DNA from: an uncultured Bacilli bacterium
Lineage (GTDB): Bacteria; Bacillota_I; Bacilli_A; RF39; UBA660
Length of the DNA stretch: 64,000 nt
Assembly (NCBI GenBank): GCA_934098385.1
Contig: CAKOOJ010000001.1
Span: 13,717 to 77,716, forward strand
Direction: 5' to 3'
Shown here: piece after piece, positions 1 through 10,401 of the stretch
How the letters are laid out: each line of letters begins with the position of its first letter
Numbering within the stretch: the first letter of the stretch is position 1
Made by a program: the position numbers and the translations under genes
Notes under the pieces: model-generated
Database searches by the model: none
The model's input: the letters and a program-made list of their open reading frames with translations, nothing else
What the model was told of the DNA's origin: nothing

Positions 1-1933
1 ATTTATTATATAGCATCTTATTATACGTTTTACTAATAGGCATAATAACGTTATCAAATTCACTACCCTGTGCTTTATGTATAGTGATAGCATAAGCATG
101 CTTTATACTTATTAATTCTTCTCTTTTAAAAGAAACTATATTATTATCAAAATTAACTTTAATAAAATCACTCTTACTATTAATATCTATATCATATATA
201 AAACCAATATCTCCATTATATATTCCTTTATCTACATCATTTGCTAAATTTAATACTTTATCATTAACTCTATAAATTATAGTACCAATTACAACCTCTT
301 TTAAATGATTACTATGTGGATTAAATATATTTTGAAGTATAACATTTAAATTATCTATACCAATCTCACCTTTATACATAGGAGCAAGTATCTGTAAACT
401 ATTTTCATCTAATCCCTTTTTCAAAGACTTATTAGCAATATCAACTATTAAATCTTTTATACTTCTAGTATTACATTCTATAAAATTATAATCATCTTTT
501 TTATCTAAATAATCTGTTAAACTTTTACTTTTAATTTCTTTAGCAAGTATAGGTATATAAGAATTATTACTTTGTCTATAAATATTATTTAATTTTATAT
601 GTTTAAATTTATTAGTATTTATTAAATCATTTAATATAAGTCCAGGTGAAACACTAGGTAATTGATGCTCATCACCTACTAAAACTAATTTAACATTCTT
701 TCTAATAGCTTTCAGTAAACTATCAAAAAGTACTGTATCTATCATACTAGTTTCATCTACTATAATTAATTCTTCATTAGTTTTATTAAATTCATTCATA
801 CTAAATGTATTAGTTTCTTTATTCCATTTTAAATATCTATGTATTGTACTAGCACCATATTTAGTAGTCTCACTCATTCTTTTGCTAGCTCTACCAGTAG
901 GTGCTATTAATGAAACTCTCATATTCATTCCATCATTAGAATACTTAAATACTCTTTTATATAGTTCTAATATTCCTTTTATAATAGTTGTTTTACCTGT
1001 ACCAGGTCCACCAGTAATAATTACTATATTGCTATCAAAAATACTTTTAATAGCATTCTTTTGTTCCTCATTATATTTTATTTCAAAATCATTCTCTATT
1101 TTTTCTAAATACTTAGTTAAATTCTTTTCTATATTTATTTTATTATTATTTATTTCATTTAATTTCTTAACTATATCACATTCTGCATCATAATACTCTT
1201 TTAAATAATATTTATTATCAATAATAACTATCTTATTTTCATTAGATAACATACTAAAATATTCATCACTATTTATGTTAATATTAAATTCATCATATAA
1301 ACTTTTTATAATTTCATCTTTATAAGAATATGTATCTCCACTATTAAATGTAATTCTTTTCATTACTTCAACAATACAAGCTAAAATTCTTAAATTAGTA
1401 GTTTCTTTATGTATTCCTAAATATATTTTATCTAATGTTTTAAAATCTATATCACTAATTAAACTATATATATTATTTTCTACTATATTAAGTATTCCAT
1501 TACCATATATATTAATTAACTTCATACTATCTTTTATACTAAAACCATATTCTTTTAATTTAATTATTGTTTCATTAGATTGATAATATTTAAGTATTGA
1601 ATTATATATACTCGTTTTTTTAGTGTCTGATAATTTAGGTATTAAGTCTAGTGATGTTTTATCTTCTTTTATTTTTTCTATTGCATTATCTCCTAATATA
1701 TCAACTATCTTCTCTGCAGTTTTTTCTCCACAACCTTTTATTAAAGAACTAGTTAAAAATTCAATAATAGCATCTTTTCCAGTAGGAACTACTTTTTCAT
1801 AAGATGCAACACTATATTGATATCCATATCTATCATGATATACTAAACTACCATACATTACATAAACATCATCTGTATTTAATGTATCAAAATATCCAGT
1901 AAAAGTAATAGTTTTTTTTATAAAGTCTTCCAT
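1..1933 (-). CDS. recD2: RecD2/YrrC-like ATP-dependent DNA helicase. The 3' end runs off the window and the 5' end is disrupted (see findings).
   Basis: Hand translation of the minus strand gives Walker A ITGGPGTGKTT (about 989-1020), VLVGDEHQLPSV (about 655-690), IHKAQGSEF (about 65-95) and LIKGCGEKTAEKIV. The first in-frame ATG is at 1933-1931. The frame stays open to position 2. Confidence 0.85.
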   Translation of the reverse strand, partial: MEDFIKKTITFTGYFDTLNTDDVYVMYGSLVYHDRYGYQYSVASYEKVVPTGKDAIIEFLTSSLIKGCGEKTAEKIVDILGDNAIEKIKEDKTSLDLIPKLSDTKKTSIYNSILKYYQSNETIIKLKEYGFSIKDSMKLINIYGNGILNIVENNIYSLISDIDFKTLDKIYLGIHKETTNLRILACIVEVMKRITFNSGDTYSYKDEIIKSLYDEFNININSDEYFSMLSNENKIVIIDNKYYLKEYYDAECDIVKKLNEINNNKINIEKNLTKYLEKIENDFEIKYNEEQKNAIKSIFDSNIVIITGGPGTGKTTIIKGILELYKRVFKYSNDGMNMRVSLIAPTGRASKRMSETTKYGASTIHRYLKWNKETNTFSMNEFNKTNEELIIVDETSMIDTVLFDSLLKAIRKNVKLVLVGDEHQLPSVSPGLILNDLINTNKFKHIKLNNIYRQSNNSYIPILAKEIKSKSLTDYLDKKDDYNFIECNTRSIKDLIVDIANKSLKKGLDENSLQILAPMYKGEIGIDNLNVILQNIFNPHSNHLKEVVIGTIIYRVNDKVLNLANDVDKGIYNGDIGFIYDIDINSKSDFIKVNFDNNIVSFKREELISIKHAYAITIHKAQGSEFDNVIMPISKTYNKMLYNK

Positions 1934-1953
1934 TTCTGGATCATTAGTTTCAC

Positions 1954-2031
1954 TTATTTTAAATAATCCAACATTATATCCAACATCACTTTTATATATA
2001 GATTGTTTATATTTTCCTTTTATATAATTCA
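1954..2031 (-). pseudogene. Detached 5' fragment of recD2 (MNYIKGKYKQSIYKSDV...), in a different frame from the helicase body.
   Basis: ATG at 2031-2029. The peptide resembles the conserved RecD2 N-terminus (remembered YIKG...IY pattern). This frame ends at TAA 1956-1954, and the helicase frame is closed by TGA and TAA just upstream of 1975. Confidence 0.5.
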
Positions 2032-2152
2032 TATTATCACCACTACTTACTATAGTATCAAATAATAAAATAATTTTAAATAATAAATTATTTTATAAAC
2101 TATAATACTATATATTAATTGTTTTTAAAATGCTTTCGACAAAATATATTAA

Positions 2153-2719
2153 TTATTTTATCTTATACTCTATACCATTATTTATTATTTCATTTATATA
2201 ATCTACAAATTTTAAATTATATGGAATATTTTTATATTCATAAACTTTTAAATATTTGATTTCTTCTTTTTTTAATCCTTTTAATTTATTATCTTTTATA
2301 TGTTCTCTAATTCTATATTTTATTATGTCATTTATATTATTATACTTATAAATACCTCTATTTTTAAAATCAGCATTTTCAAAATAATACCAATATCCAT
2401 TATCCTCATAAACTAAAAAAGTATGTGTACTATAATTATTAATATAAGGTAATTCAAAAATAATAAAATACGTTTTAAATACATAATTATTATTTTTAAA
2501 CCAATTACTCTCTAACAAAACTTGATCAAAACAAATACCATATTTATTGTCAATTATATATTTTGGTTCCCTATATATCCATTTATTTATTAAATCATTT
2601 TCAAATGTTTTAAGTGAAGTATCATAAATATAACCATTATTATCTACAAAACCATATTTAATATTTTTATTCATATAATTATATAATTCATTAGGACTCT
2701 TTATATTATCTATACCCAT
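2153..2719 (-). CDS. Hypothetical protein, possibly a transglutaminase-like / papain-fold cysteine peptidase.
   Basis: 188-aa ORF. The spacing of Cys (YGICFDQ), His (STHTFLVYE) and acidic residues (YFEN/D) resembles the transglutaminase-core triad. This is motif-level evidence only. Confidence 0.35.
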   Translation of the reverse strand: MGIDNIKSPNELYNYMNKNIKYGFVDNNGYIYDTSLKTFENDLINKWIYREPKYIIDNKYGICFDQVLLESNWFKNNNYVFKTYFIIFELPYINNYSTHTFLVYEDNGYWYYFENADFKNRGIYKYNNINDIIKYRIREHIKDNKLKGLKKEEIKYLKVYEYKNIPYNLKFVDYINEIINNGIEYKIK

Positions 2720-2748
2720 ATTAACTCCAATATTAATAAAACATAAAC

Positions 2749-3183
2749 TTATTCGTTTATGTCTAATCTATCTATATCATCAACTAAATTCATTTGATTT
2801 TCTAATATATCTCTTAATCTTCTTTTAAATATAATTATATTTCTTTTTAATCTTTCAGCATCTCTTTTAGTATTATCAGCTTGCATTAAAGCATTATTAA
2901 TTATTCTATCAGCGTTACGTCTAGCATCTTCTATTATATGTTGTGATTCATTTCTTGCTGTATTTCTTATTTGTTGTCCAGAATCTTCCGCTAGTAAAAG
3001 TGCTCTATTAAATGTGCTTTCTAAATTTTTATAATGTTCTAATTCACTCTTTAATTTTTCTATCTCTAAATCTTTAGATTTCATGTTATTAATCATATTT
3101 TCTACTTCTTTAATAACATCATCTATAAATTTATTAACTTCTTCTTTTTTATATCCACTAAAAGAAGTACTAAATTTTTCCAT
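2749..3183 (-). CDS. divIVA: DivIVA-domain cell-division/septum-site protein (DivIVA/GpsB family).
   Basis: N-terminus FSTSFSGYKKEEVNKFIDDV matches the DivIVA signature F..xxxGY...EV..F.D.V. The rest is coiled-coil rich. It lies directly downstream of sepF, as in Bacillus. Confidence 0.8.
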   Translation of the reverse strand: MEKFSTSFSGYKKEEVNKFIDDVIKEVENMINNMKSKDLEIEKLKSELEHYKNLESTFNRALLLAEDSGQQIRNTARNESQHIIEDARRNADRIINNALMQADNTKRDAERLKRNIIIFKRRLRDILENQMNLVDDIDRLDINE

Positions 3184-3205
3184 ATAATCACACCCTAATT
3201 ATTTT

Positions 3206-3622
3206 TTAGAAATCTATTTCACTATCATATTTAGTCTTAGCTTTTTCTTCTTTATCATTATCACTCATTTTACCTTGTACATTTACATTATTTGGTGTAC
3301 AAAGATATATTCCATTACCTAATTTTTGTAACGATCCACCTATCGCATAAATACATCCAGTTAAAAAATCTATTAATCTCTTAGCTTGATCTGATGTTAC
3401 TCTTTTAAGATTAACTACAACAGTATTTCTAGATTTTAAATAATCTGCTATTTGTTGACTTTCTGAATATGCTCTAGGTTCAACAAGTATCATTTTACTT
3501 CCATTTTTACTTTCTTCTTCTTTTAATTGTTTATTGCTAACTGCATAGAAATTATCTTCTACAGCGTTTTTTGTATTATCTCCATCATCAAATAAAGCTT
3601 TTTTTATTCCTTCAAATGCCAT
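3206..3622 (-). CDS. sepF: Cell division protein SepF.
   Basis: ILVEPRAYSESQQIADYLKSRNTVVVNLKRV...AKRLIDFLTGCIYAIGG matches the SepF core. Confidence 0.85.
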   Translation of the reverse strand: MAFEGIKKALFDDGDNTKNAVEDNFYAVSNKQLKEEESKNGSKMILVEPRAYSESQQIADYLKSRNTVVVNLKRVTSDQAKRLIDFLTGCIYAIGGSLQKLGNGIYLCTPNNVNVQGKMSDNDKEEKAKTKYDSEIDF

Positions 3623-3727
3623 AACTTTTATCCTCCTATGATTTTACTATTTAAGTATATCACAAGTTATTTAGGATAGCAAACAAAATAATTTATATTT
3701 AAAAGAAATAACTATATAAAGTTATTC

Positions 3728-4321
3728 TTACTCATAATTATCATTTAATTTAGGCATTTCTATTCTACTATTTACAAATGATTTAATTAAATAAGTTAAT
3801 AAATTAAATATAATCCATATCATAAATATTATACTACTTACTTGAAATATACTTAATAATAAATCATTTTCATATATAGAAGTTATACTATTTAAATCAA
3901 TATTTATATTTTTTAATGCAATAACATTTATAACAAACAGTACTTCTATAATAAAACTTACCCATATATTTATATTCTTTTGTACTTTACTTAATTTTTT
4001 TATAGAATATATCTCAATAAATATTGTAATAAATATCATACTCATATAATCTATTATTGATGGAAAATAAGTTAATTTAAATAAATATGTTATGTAAGTA
4101 TCAAATATATTTAATAATGGTTTATAATATTCAAATAATCCATATATTAATATTAAAGATAATATTATAATATACATAATTTTAGTTTGTTTATTATTAT
4201 TTCCATATGTAAAATCTAATAATATTACTATTATTAATAATATTATTAACGTAATAATTGATTTATCAGATAAGAATTTATATATTAAATTTAATTTATC
4301 TAATAAAGTAGTATCAACCAT
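3728..4321 (-). CDS. Polytopic membrane protein of unknown function, last gene of the adhesin-sortase operon.
   Basis: 197-aa ORF with about 6 hydrophobic segments. It starts 11 nt after the sortase stop. Confidence 0.5.
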   Translation of the reverse strand: MVDTTLLDKLNLIYKFLSDKSIITLIILLIIVILLDFTYGNNNKQTKIMYIIILSLILIYGLFEYYKPLLNIFDTYITYLFKLTYFPSIIDYMSMIFITIFIEIYSIKKLSKVQKNINIWVSFIIEVLFVINVIALKNINIDLNSITSIYENDLLLSIFQVSSIIFMIWIIFNLLTYLIKSFVNSRIEMPKLNDNYE

Positions 4322-4332
4322 AAAACCACCTC

Positions 4333-4971
4333 TTATTCTTTACTTATAAGTTCACCTAAGTATACAGTTTGAGTAGTATTATCATTCTTAGTACAAGTTA
4401 TTAGCGTTATATTGGATTTATCTTTATTACTTCTAACTTCTACTGTACCACTTTTATTAACTGTATAAATATCAGTTATTCTATAAGTATAATTTACATT
4501 ATCATATGTAATGTAAACAAGTGCACCTTTATTTAATAAATATAATTTATTAAAGTATGATACACTAGAATTTCCCGAATGAGCAGCAAATATAACATTT
4601 CCATTTTCTTTATCAGGATAATCTGATGCAGATAATATTTCTATATTTTTACTTATATTATTATATTTGCTCTCTTTCGTAGTAAATCCTTTTTTTAAAT
4701 TTATATCAGGTATTGATAAATAACCTATATATATACTTTCTTCTTCTTTTATATCAAACTTATAACTAGTTTCTTCACTATCTTTTTCCTCATTATTCTC
4801 TTCTATATCATTATTAATTTCTTCTGGATTAGCATCACTCACATTATAATATAATTCATTCATATAATCATATACAGCAATTTTTTTTGAATTAAAATAT
4901 TCAGATGCTAAAACAATTATACCGATTATTACAATTATAATACTAATTGTTATTTTTAGTTCTCTTGACAT
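4333..4971 (-). CDS. Sortase-family transpeptidase with an N-terminal membrane anchor.
   Basis: N-terminal TM segment, His motif VIFAAHSG and Cys motif NITLITCT (TLxTC). It overlaps the end of the upstream surface-protein gene by 29 nt. Confidence 0.8.
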   Translation of the reverse strand: MSRELKITISIIIVIIGIIVLASEYFNSKKIAVYDYMNELYYNVSDANPEEINNDIEENNEEKDSEETSYKFDIKEEESIYIGYLSIPDINLKKGFTTKESKYNNISKNIEILSASDYPDKENGNVIFAAHSGNSSVSYFNKLYLLNKGALVYITYDNVNYTYRITDIYTVNKSGTVEVRSNKDKSNITLITCTKNDNTTQTVYLGELISKE

Positions 4972-6616
4972 TTTTTATTAAGAAATATGAACCTAATGCA
5001 ATAATACATGCACCAACAACATATTTAATAGTTTCATTTAAACTAGTTATAGGACAATCTATAATATTACTTAACCACTCTATTTCAGTATCTACATTTT
5101 GTTCTACTATTATTTCATCAACACCATCAACATAATAAGTATCACTATCTTCATCATATATTACTTCATCTTTATCAGTTAAACTATCATTATAATCATT
5201 TCTATCTAAAGTAATATAATCTGCAAAAACATAATCATTGTTATATTTAACTTGTAATCTACCATCACTAGTTATTTTAAAATATAATTTATCTAATTTA
5301 TTTTTAGAATCAACAATATAATAAGTACCTTCAGTTAAATATATAGACTTATTTGTTTCACTACTTCTATAAGATGTTTGTAAATAATTAGATGTAGTAT
5401 ATATCTTTATTTCGTTATTATAATCATTTAATTTATTAACTATATTAATTTTTCTACTTGAATCATTTAATATATCTCCATCATAATCCATACCTTCTTT
5501 AACAGTTACGTCTTGTACACTAGTAACATTTTCTATAGTAAATTTAGTTTTATTTGGTAAATTATAATTATTATTACTAGATTTATTTACCAATGTATAT
5601 GTACCTGCATTTAATGTATTATTTAATGATATATAATTATTATTTGTTGTAAATGAAGTAATTAAATTATCAGTATAACATGTACTTTTTGTACAATCTC
5701 CACTATATATATAATATTTTAAATTTCTTAAATATTCTTCATCACTATTTAATATATGAATTCTGACATTAGTTCTATCGATACCAGATATATGTATTGG
5801 TATACTAGCTTCTACATTTTCATAATTACTACTTACACTTCTTGAATATATAACAGGTGTATAACCATAATTAGTATATTTGTATAATTTAGTATTATTT
5901 GTTGAACCAGTTATATATAATTCAAAATCTTTTTCAGTAATACTATTAAAACTTGATGATGGTATTCTTATTTGGAATGAACCAGTACCATTACTAACTA
6001 CAGTATTATTTACTATTGTAGCATTTGTTGGAGCATTATATAATCTAACACTTGGTGTACTTCTTAAATTATATGTTTCAACATTTATTACATTTGAATA
6101 ATAATAATTATCATTTCTAGTAAATGTAACATTTTTGTCTATAAATTTTATAACTTCATTATTACTATAAGATTTAGCGTTATTAACTAATTTATTGATA
6201 TTAGTTTTAACCGTATCTCCTATTGCATTATTTATAATATCATTTTTTATATTTGATGATATATTGGCGTCATTGCCATTTAAATAATCTTGATACCAAA
6301 GTACAGCAACTTGAGCAATATAATAATTTCTATAACTACTACTAGTTACGTTATTATTATTAATTATATAACTAAATCCATCATTCACTTCTACTGGATC
6401 AGTTAAACTAGTATATGTATCAAAATATGTGTCACTATTTAATACATAAATATTATATCCGTTAGCAGTATTATAATAAATTGGTAATCCACTAACATAT
6501 TCATACTTATCACCACTTCTATTAGCAGTAATAGATGAATAACTATATGCTTCTACATTAGATGTAAATCCTAAAATAGTTAGGATAGTTAAAATAAATA
6601 AACTTATTTTTTTCAT
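4943..6616 (-). CDS. Cell-surface adhesin-like protein with a signal peptide and a C-terminal sorting-signal-like tail.
   Basis: Probable start is ATG 6616-6614, preceded by AAGGAGA; the ORF-track start at 6649 is an upstream extension. Signal peptide MKKISLFILTILTILGFTSNVEA. Repeated GTYTL/GTYYIV beta-sandwich-like segments. C-terminus is CPITS + hydrophobic IKYVVGACIIALGSYFLI + basic KNVKRTKNNN. Confidence 0.7.
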   Translation of the reverse strand: MKKISLFILTILTILGFTSNVEAYSYSSITANRSGDKYEYVSGLPIYYNTANGYNIYVLNSDTYFDTYTSLTDPVEVNDGFSYIINNNNVTSSSYRNYYIAQVAVLWYQDYLNGNDANISSNIKNDIINNAIGDTVKTNINKLVNNAKSYSNNEVIKFIDKNVTFTRNDNYYYSNVINVETYNLRSTPSVRLYNAPTNATIVNNTVVSNGTGSFQIRIPSSSFNSITEKDFELYITGSTNNTKLYKYTNYGYTPVIYSRSVSSNYENVEASIPIHISGIDRTNVRIHILNSDEEYLRNLKYYIYSGDCTKSTCYTDNLITSFTTNNNYISLNNTLNAGTYTLVNKSSNNNYNLPNKTKFTIENVTSVQDVTVKEGMDYDGDILNDSSRKINIVNKLNDYNNEIKIYTTSNYLQTSYRSSETNKSIYLTEGTYYIVDSKNKLDKLYFKITSDGRLQVKYNNDYVFADYITLDRNDYNDSLTDKDEVIYDEDSDTYYVDGVDEIIVEQNVDTEIEWLSNIIDCPITSLNETIKYVVGACIIALGSYFLIKNVKRTKNNN

Positions 6617-6680
6617 AATATATCTCCTTTTTTGGTTACTATTATACACACTTTTTTAAAAAATGCAAGTCTTTTATATA

Positions 6681-6707
6681 CAACGAAAAAGAAGCACTAA
6701 GCTTCTT
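6681..6707 (-). terminator. Intrinsic terminator of rpoC.
   Basis: 7-bp stem aagaagc (6689-6695) / gcttctt (6701-6707) overlaps the rpoC stop. A U-run follows in the minus-sense transcript. Confidence 0.6.
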
Positions 6708-9700
6708 CAATATTTATATTAGTTTCTACTTCTGCATCAACTAATTCGTTTTCTAAATCATTAGAATTATTATCTAAAAATTCATTTTCTAATATTTCAC
6801 TGGGTTCATCATCCATAAGATTTTTTTCAAGTTCTATTGTAATATCACTATATTGTTTAGCACCAGTACCTGCAGGTATTAATTTACCAATTATAACATT
6901 TTCTTTTAAACCAGTTAAATGATCAATTTTACCTTTTATGGCAGCATCTGTTAAAACTCTTGTAGTTTCTTGGAATGATGCAGCTGATAAGAATGAATCA
7001 GTTTCTAGAGAAGATTTTGTAATACCAAGTATTATTGGTCTTCCAGTAGCTGGAACTCCACCTTCAAGTAATACTTTTTTATTTCTTTCAGTGAATTCTC
7101 TAATACTTACTGTTAAACCAGCAACTAAGTCAGTATCACCTTCGTCTACAACTTTCATTTTATTTATCATACGACTAGCAATAATTTCAACATGTTTATC
7201 TGAAATATCAACACCTTGTGATTTATAAGCTTTTTGAATTTCAGTTAATATATATTCTTGTGTAGTTATAGGATCTGTTACAGCAAGTAATTCTTTTGGA
7301 GAAATAGTACCTTGAGTAAGTTTATCTCCAGCACTTACTTCATCCCCTACTTCTACATTAAGTTTAGCTCCATAACTTGTTATATGGTCTCTAGCTTCTG
7401 TTTTATTTTCAACAACAACTTTCCATTTACCATTAACATCTTCTATTAATGAAACTGTACCAGTTATTTCGGATATTGTTGCTTTACCTTTTGGATTACG
7501 TGCTTCAAATAATTCTTCAACACGTGGAAGACCTTGAGTAATGTCTTCTCCACCAGCAACACCACCAGAGTGGAATGTACGCATTGTAAGCTGTGTACCT
7601 GGTTCACCAATTGATTGGGCAGCCATTATACCAACAGCCTCACCAGTTTCAACTAAGTTTCCAGTAGCTAAGTTTCTACCATAACATTTTTGACAAACTC
7701 CATTAGGGCTCTTACATGTTAAGATACTTCTAATTTCTACTTCTTTAACACCAGCTTTTTCTATTTTAGAAACCATACTTTCATTTAATAAAACATCTTT
7801 ATCAACAATAATTTCTTTGGTTTCTGGATTTAATATAGGTTTAGCAGTAAATCTACCTAATAATCTTTCAGCAAGCGGTTCAACTACGCTACCATCTTTA
7901 TCATTTATTAAATCTTTAACAACTAATCCAGATACACAACCACAATCTTCATCTTTAACAATTATATCTTGTGAAACGTCAACCAAACGACGAGTTAAGT
8001 ATCCAGAGTCTGCTGTACGTAATGCTGTATCTGTATCACCTTTTCTGGCACCATGTGTACCTAAGAAGAATTCGTTAACAGAAAGTCCATCACGTAAACT
8101 TGATAATATTGGAATTTCCACAGAAGATCCATCTGGTTTAGCCATCAATCCACGCATACCAGCCATTTGACAGAACTGATCGGCACTACCACGAGCACCA
8201 GAATTCATCATCATAAATACTGGATTATGTAAATCAGCTTTAGCAATATCACTTAATTTATTTTTAACTTGATCTTTAACATTATTCCATACAGTACATA
8301 CACTTGTATATCTTTCTTCTTCAGTAATTAAACCACGAGAGAATTGTTTATTAATTTTATCTACCTTAGCATGGCCTGCATCAATAAATTCTTGTTTAGA
8401 ACTATCTACAACTATATCAGATAATGATACAGTAATACCAGCTAAAGTACTATATTTAAATCCTAAATCTTTTAACTTATCAAGCATAATACTTGTTTCA
8501 GTAGTTTTATATAATTTAAATATTTGAGCAATTATATTTTGTAAAATCTTTTTATCAAAAGGTTTTACTAAAGGCATTTCTTTAATTACTTCTGGAATAT
8601 TTTCACCCATATTTATAAAGTATTTCATTGGGGTAATACCACTAATATTTTCTTTAGTAGGTTCGTTCATATATGGGAAAGTATCTGGTAATATTTCATT
8701 GAATATTAATTTACCAGCAGTAGTAACTAAATATTTGTCTTTTACATCATCTATAAATATTCTATGTTTAAATGAATTAACAGGAACTGCTATTCTTGTG
8801 TGTAAAGTAATTTCTCTTCTTTCATAGGCCATAATTGCTTCATTACTATTTTTATATACTTTACCTTCATTAGGAAGTCCAGCCTCTTCAATGGTAATAT
8901 AATAATTTCCTAAAACCATATCTTGACTTGGTGTAACAATAGGTTTTCCATCTTTTGGGGATAAAATATTATTAGCGCCTAACATAAGAATTCTAGCTTC
9001 TGCTTTTGCCTCTTCACTTAAAGGTACGTGTACTGCCATTTGGTCTCCATCGAAGTCAGCATTGAATGCTGCACAAACGAGTGGATGAAGTCTAATAGCC
9101 TTACCACCAACTAATTTAGGTTCAAACGCTTGAATACCTAATCTATGTAGTGTTGGGGCACGGTTTAACATTACAGGATGTTCTGTTATAACATCTTCTA
9201 CTATATCCCAAACACATTCATTTCTAGTATCGATTAACTTTTTAGCACCTTTAATATTATGAGCTAATCCACGAGATACTAATCCATTAATTACATGTGG
9301 TTTAAATAATTCAAGAGCCATTTCTTTTGGAATACCACATTGATACATTTTTAAATTTGGTCCAACAACAATAACTGAACGCCCAGAATAATCAACACGT
9401 TTACCTAATAAGTTTTGACGGAAACGTCCTTGTTTACCCTTTAACATACTAGATAAAGATTTTAAAGGTCTATTACCAGCAGCAGTAACACTTCTTCCAC
9501 GTCTACCGTTATCAAATAATGTATCAACTGCTTCTTGAAGCATACGTTTTTCATTTTGAACAATAATTGATGGAGCACCAAGTTCTAATAATTTCTTTAA
9601 ACGATTATTTCTATTAATAATTCTTCTATATAAATCATTTAAATCACTTGTAGCAAAACGTCCACCATCAAGTTGAATCATAGGACGAAGTTCAGGAGGT

Positions 9701-10401
9701 ATTACAGGTATAACATCTAATACCATCCATTCAGGACGATTACCACTTTCTTGGAATGATACTAAACAATCTAAACGTTTAACAAGTCTTATACGTTTTT
9801 GTCCAGTAGCGCCATCCAATTCTTTACGTAAATCTTCAACTTCTTTATCGATATCAACTTCTTTTAATAATTTTTGGATAGCCTCAGCACCCATCCCAAC
9901 TTCAAAGTCACTACCATATTTTTCATAATAAGCTCTGTATTCTTTATCAGATAATGTTTGTTTTTTTTCTAAAGGTGCATTCCCCGGATTAATTACAACG
10001 TAACTAACAAAATATAATACTTCTTCCAAATCTCTTGGACTCATATCAAGTACAAGTCCCATTTTAGAAGGAACACCTTTAAAGAACCAAATATGTGAGC
10101 ATGGAGAAGCAAGCTCAATGTGACCCATACGTTCACGACGTACTTTAGAACGAGTTACTTCTACACCACATCTATCACATATAACATTTTTATATCTTAA
10201 TCTTTTATATTTACCACAACTACATTCATAGTCTTTTGTTGGTCCAAAGATTTTTTCACAATATAAACCATCTCTTTCAGGTTTAAGGGTACGATAATTT
10301 ATTGTTTCTGGTTTAGTTACTTCACCATGTGACCAACTTCTAATTTTATCAGGACTAGCAATACCTATTCTTATTCCTTTAAAATTATTTACTTCTAACA
10401 T
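6697..10401 (-). CDS. rpoC: DNA-directed RNA polymerase subunit beta'.
   Basis: 1234 aa with NADFDGDQM catalytic motif, zinc-finger CxCGK...CxxCGVEV and other conserved blocks. Confidence 0.98.
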   Translation of the reverse strand: MLEVNNFKGIRIGIASPDKIRSWSHGEVTKPETINYRTLKPERDGLYCEKIFGPTKDYECSCGKYKRLRYKNVICDRCGVEVTRSKVRRERMGHIELASPCSHIWFFKGVPSKMGLVLDMSPRDLEEVLYFVSYVVINPGNAPLEKKQTLSDKEYRAYYEKYGSDFEVGMGAEAIQKLLKEVDIDKEVEDLRKELDGATGQKRIRLVKRLDCLVSFQESGNRPEWMVLDVIPVIPPELRPMIQLDGGRFATSDLNDLYRRIINRNNRLKKLLELGAPSIIVQNEKRMLQEAVDTLFDNGRRGRSVTAAGNRPLKSLSSMLKGKQGRFRQNLLGKRVDYSGRSVIVVGPNLKMYQCGIPKEMALELFKPHVINGLVSRGLAHNIKGAKKLIDTRNECVWDIVEDVITEHPVMLNRAPTLHRLGIQAFEPKLVGGKAIRLHPLVCAAFNADFDGDQMAVHVPLSEEAKAEARILMLGANNILSPKDGKPIVTPSQDMVLGNYYITIEEAGLPNEGKVYKNSNEAIMAYERREITLHTRIAVPVNSFKHRIFIDDVKDKYLVTTAGKLIFNEILPDTFPYMNEPTKENISGITPMKYFINMGENIPEVIKEMPLVKPFDKKILQNIIAQIFKLYKTTETSIMLDKLKDLGFKYSTLAGITVSLSDIVVDSSKQEFIDAGHAKVDKINKQFSRGLITEEERYTSVCTVWNNVKDQVKNKLSDIAKADLHNPVFMMMNSGARGSADQFCQMAGMRGLMAKPDGSSVEIPILSSLRDGLSVNEFFLGTHGARKGDTDTALRTADSGYLTRRLVDVSQDIIVKDEDCGCVSGLVVKDLINDKDGSVVEPLAERLLGRFTAKPILNPETKEIIVDKDVLLNESMVSKIEKAGVKEVEIRSILTCKSPNGVCQKCYGRNLATGNLVETGEAVGIMAAQSIGEPGTQLTMRTFHSGGVAGGEDITQGLPRVEELFEARNPKGKATISEITGTVSLIEDVNGKWKVVVENKTEARDHITSYGAKLNVEVGDEVSAGDKLTQGTISPKELLAVTDPITTQEYILTEIQKAYKSQGVDISDKHVEIIASRMINKMKVVDEGDTDLVAGLTVSIREFTERNKKVLLEGGVPATGRPIILGITKSSLETDSFLSAASFQETTRVLTDAAIKGKIDHLTGLKENVIIGKLIPAGTGAKQYSDITIELEKNLMDDEPSEILENEFLDNNSNDLENELVDAEVETNINIEEA

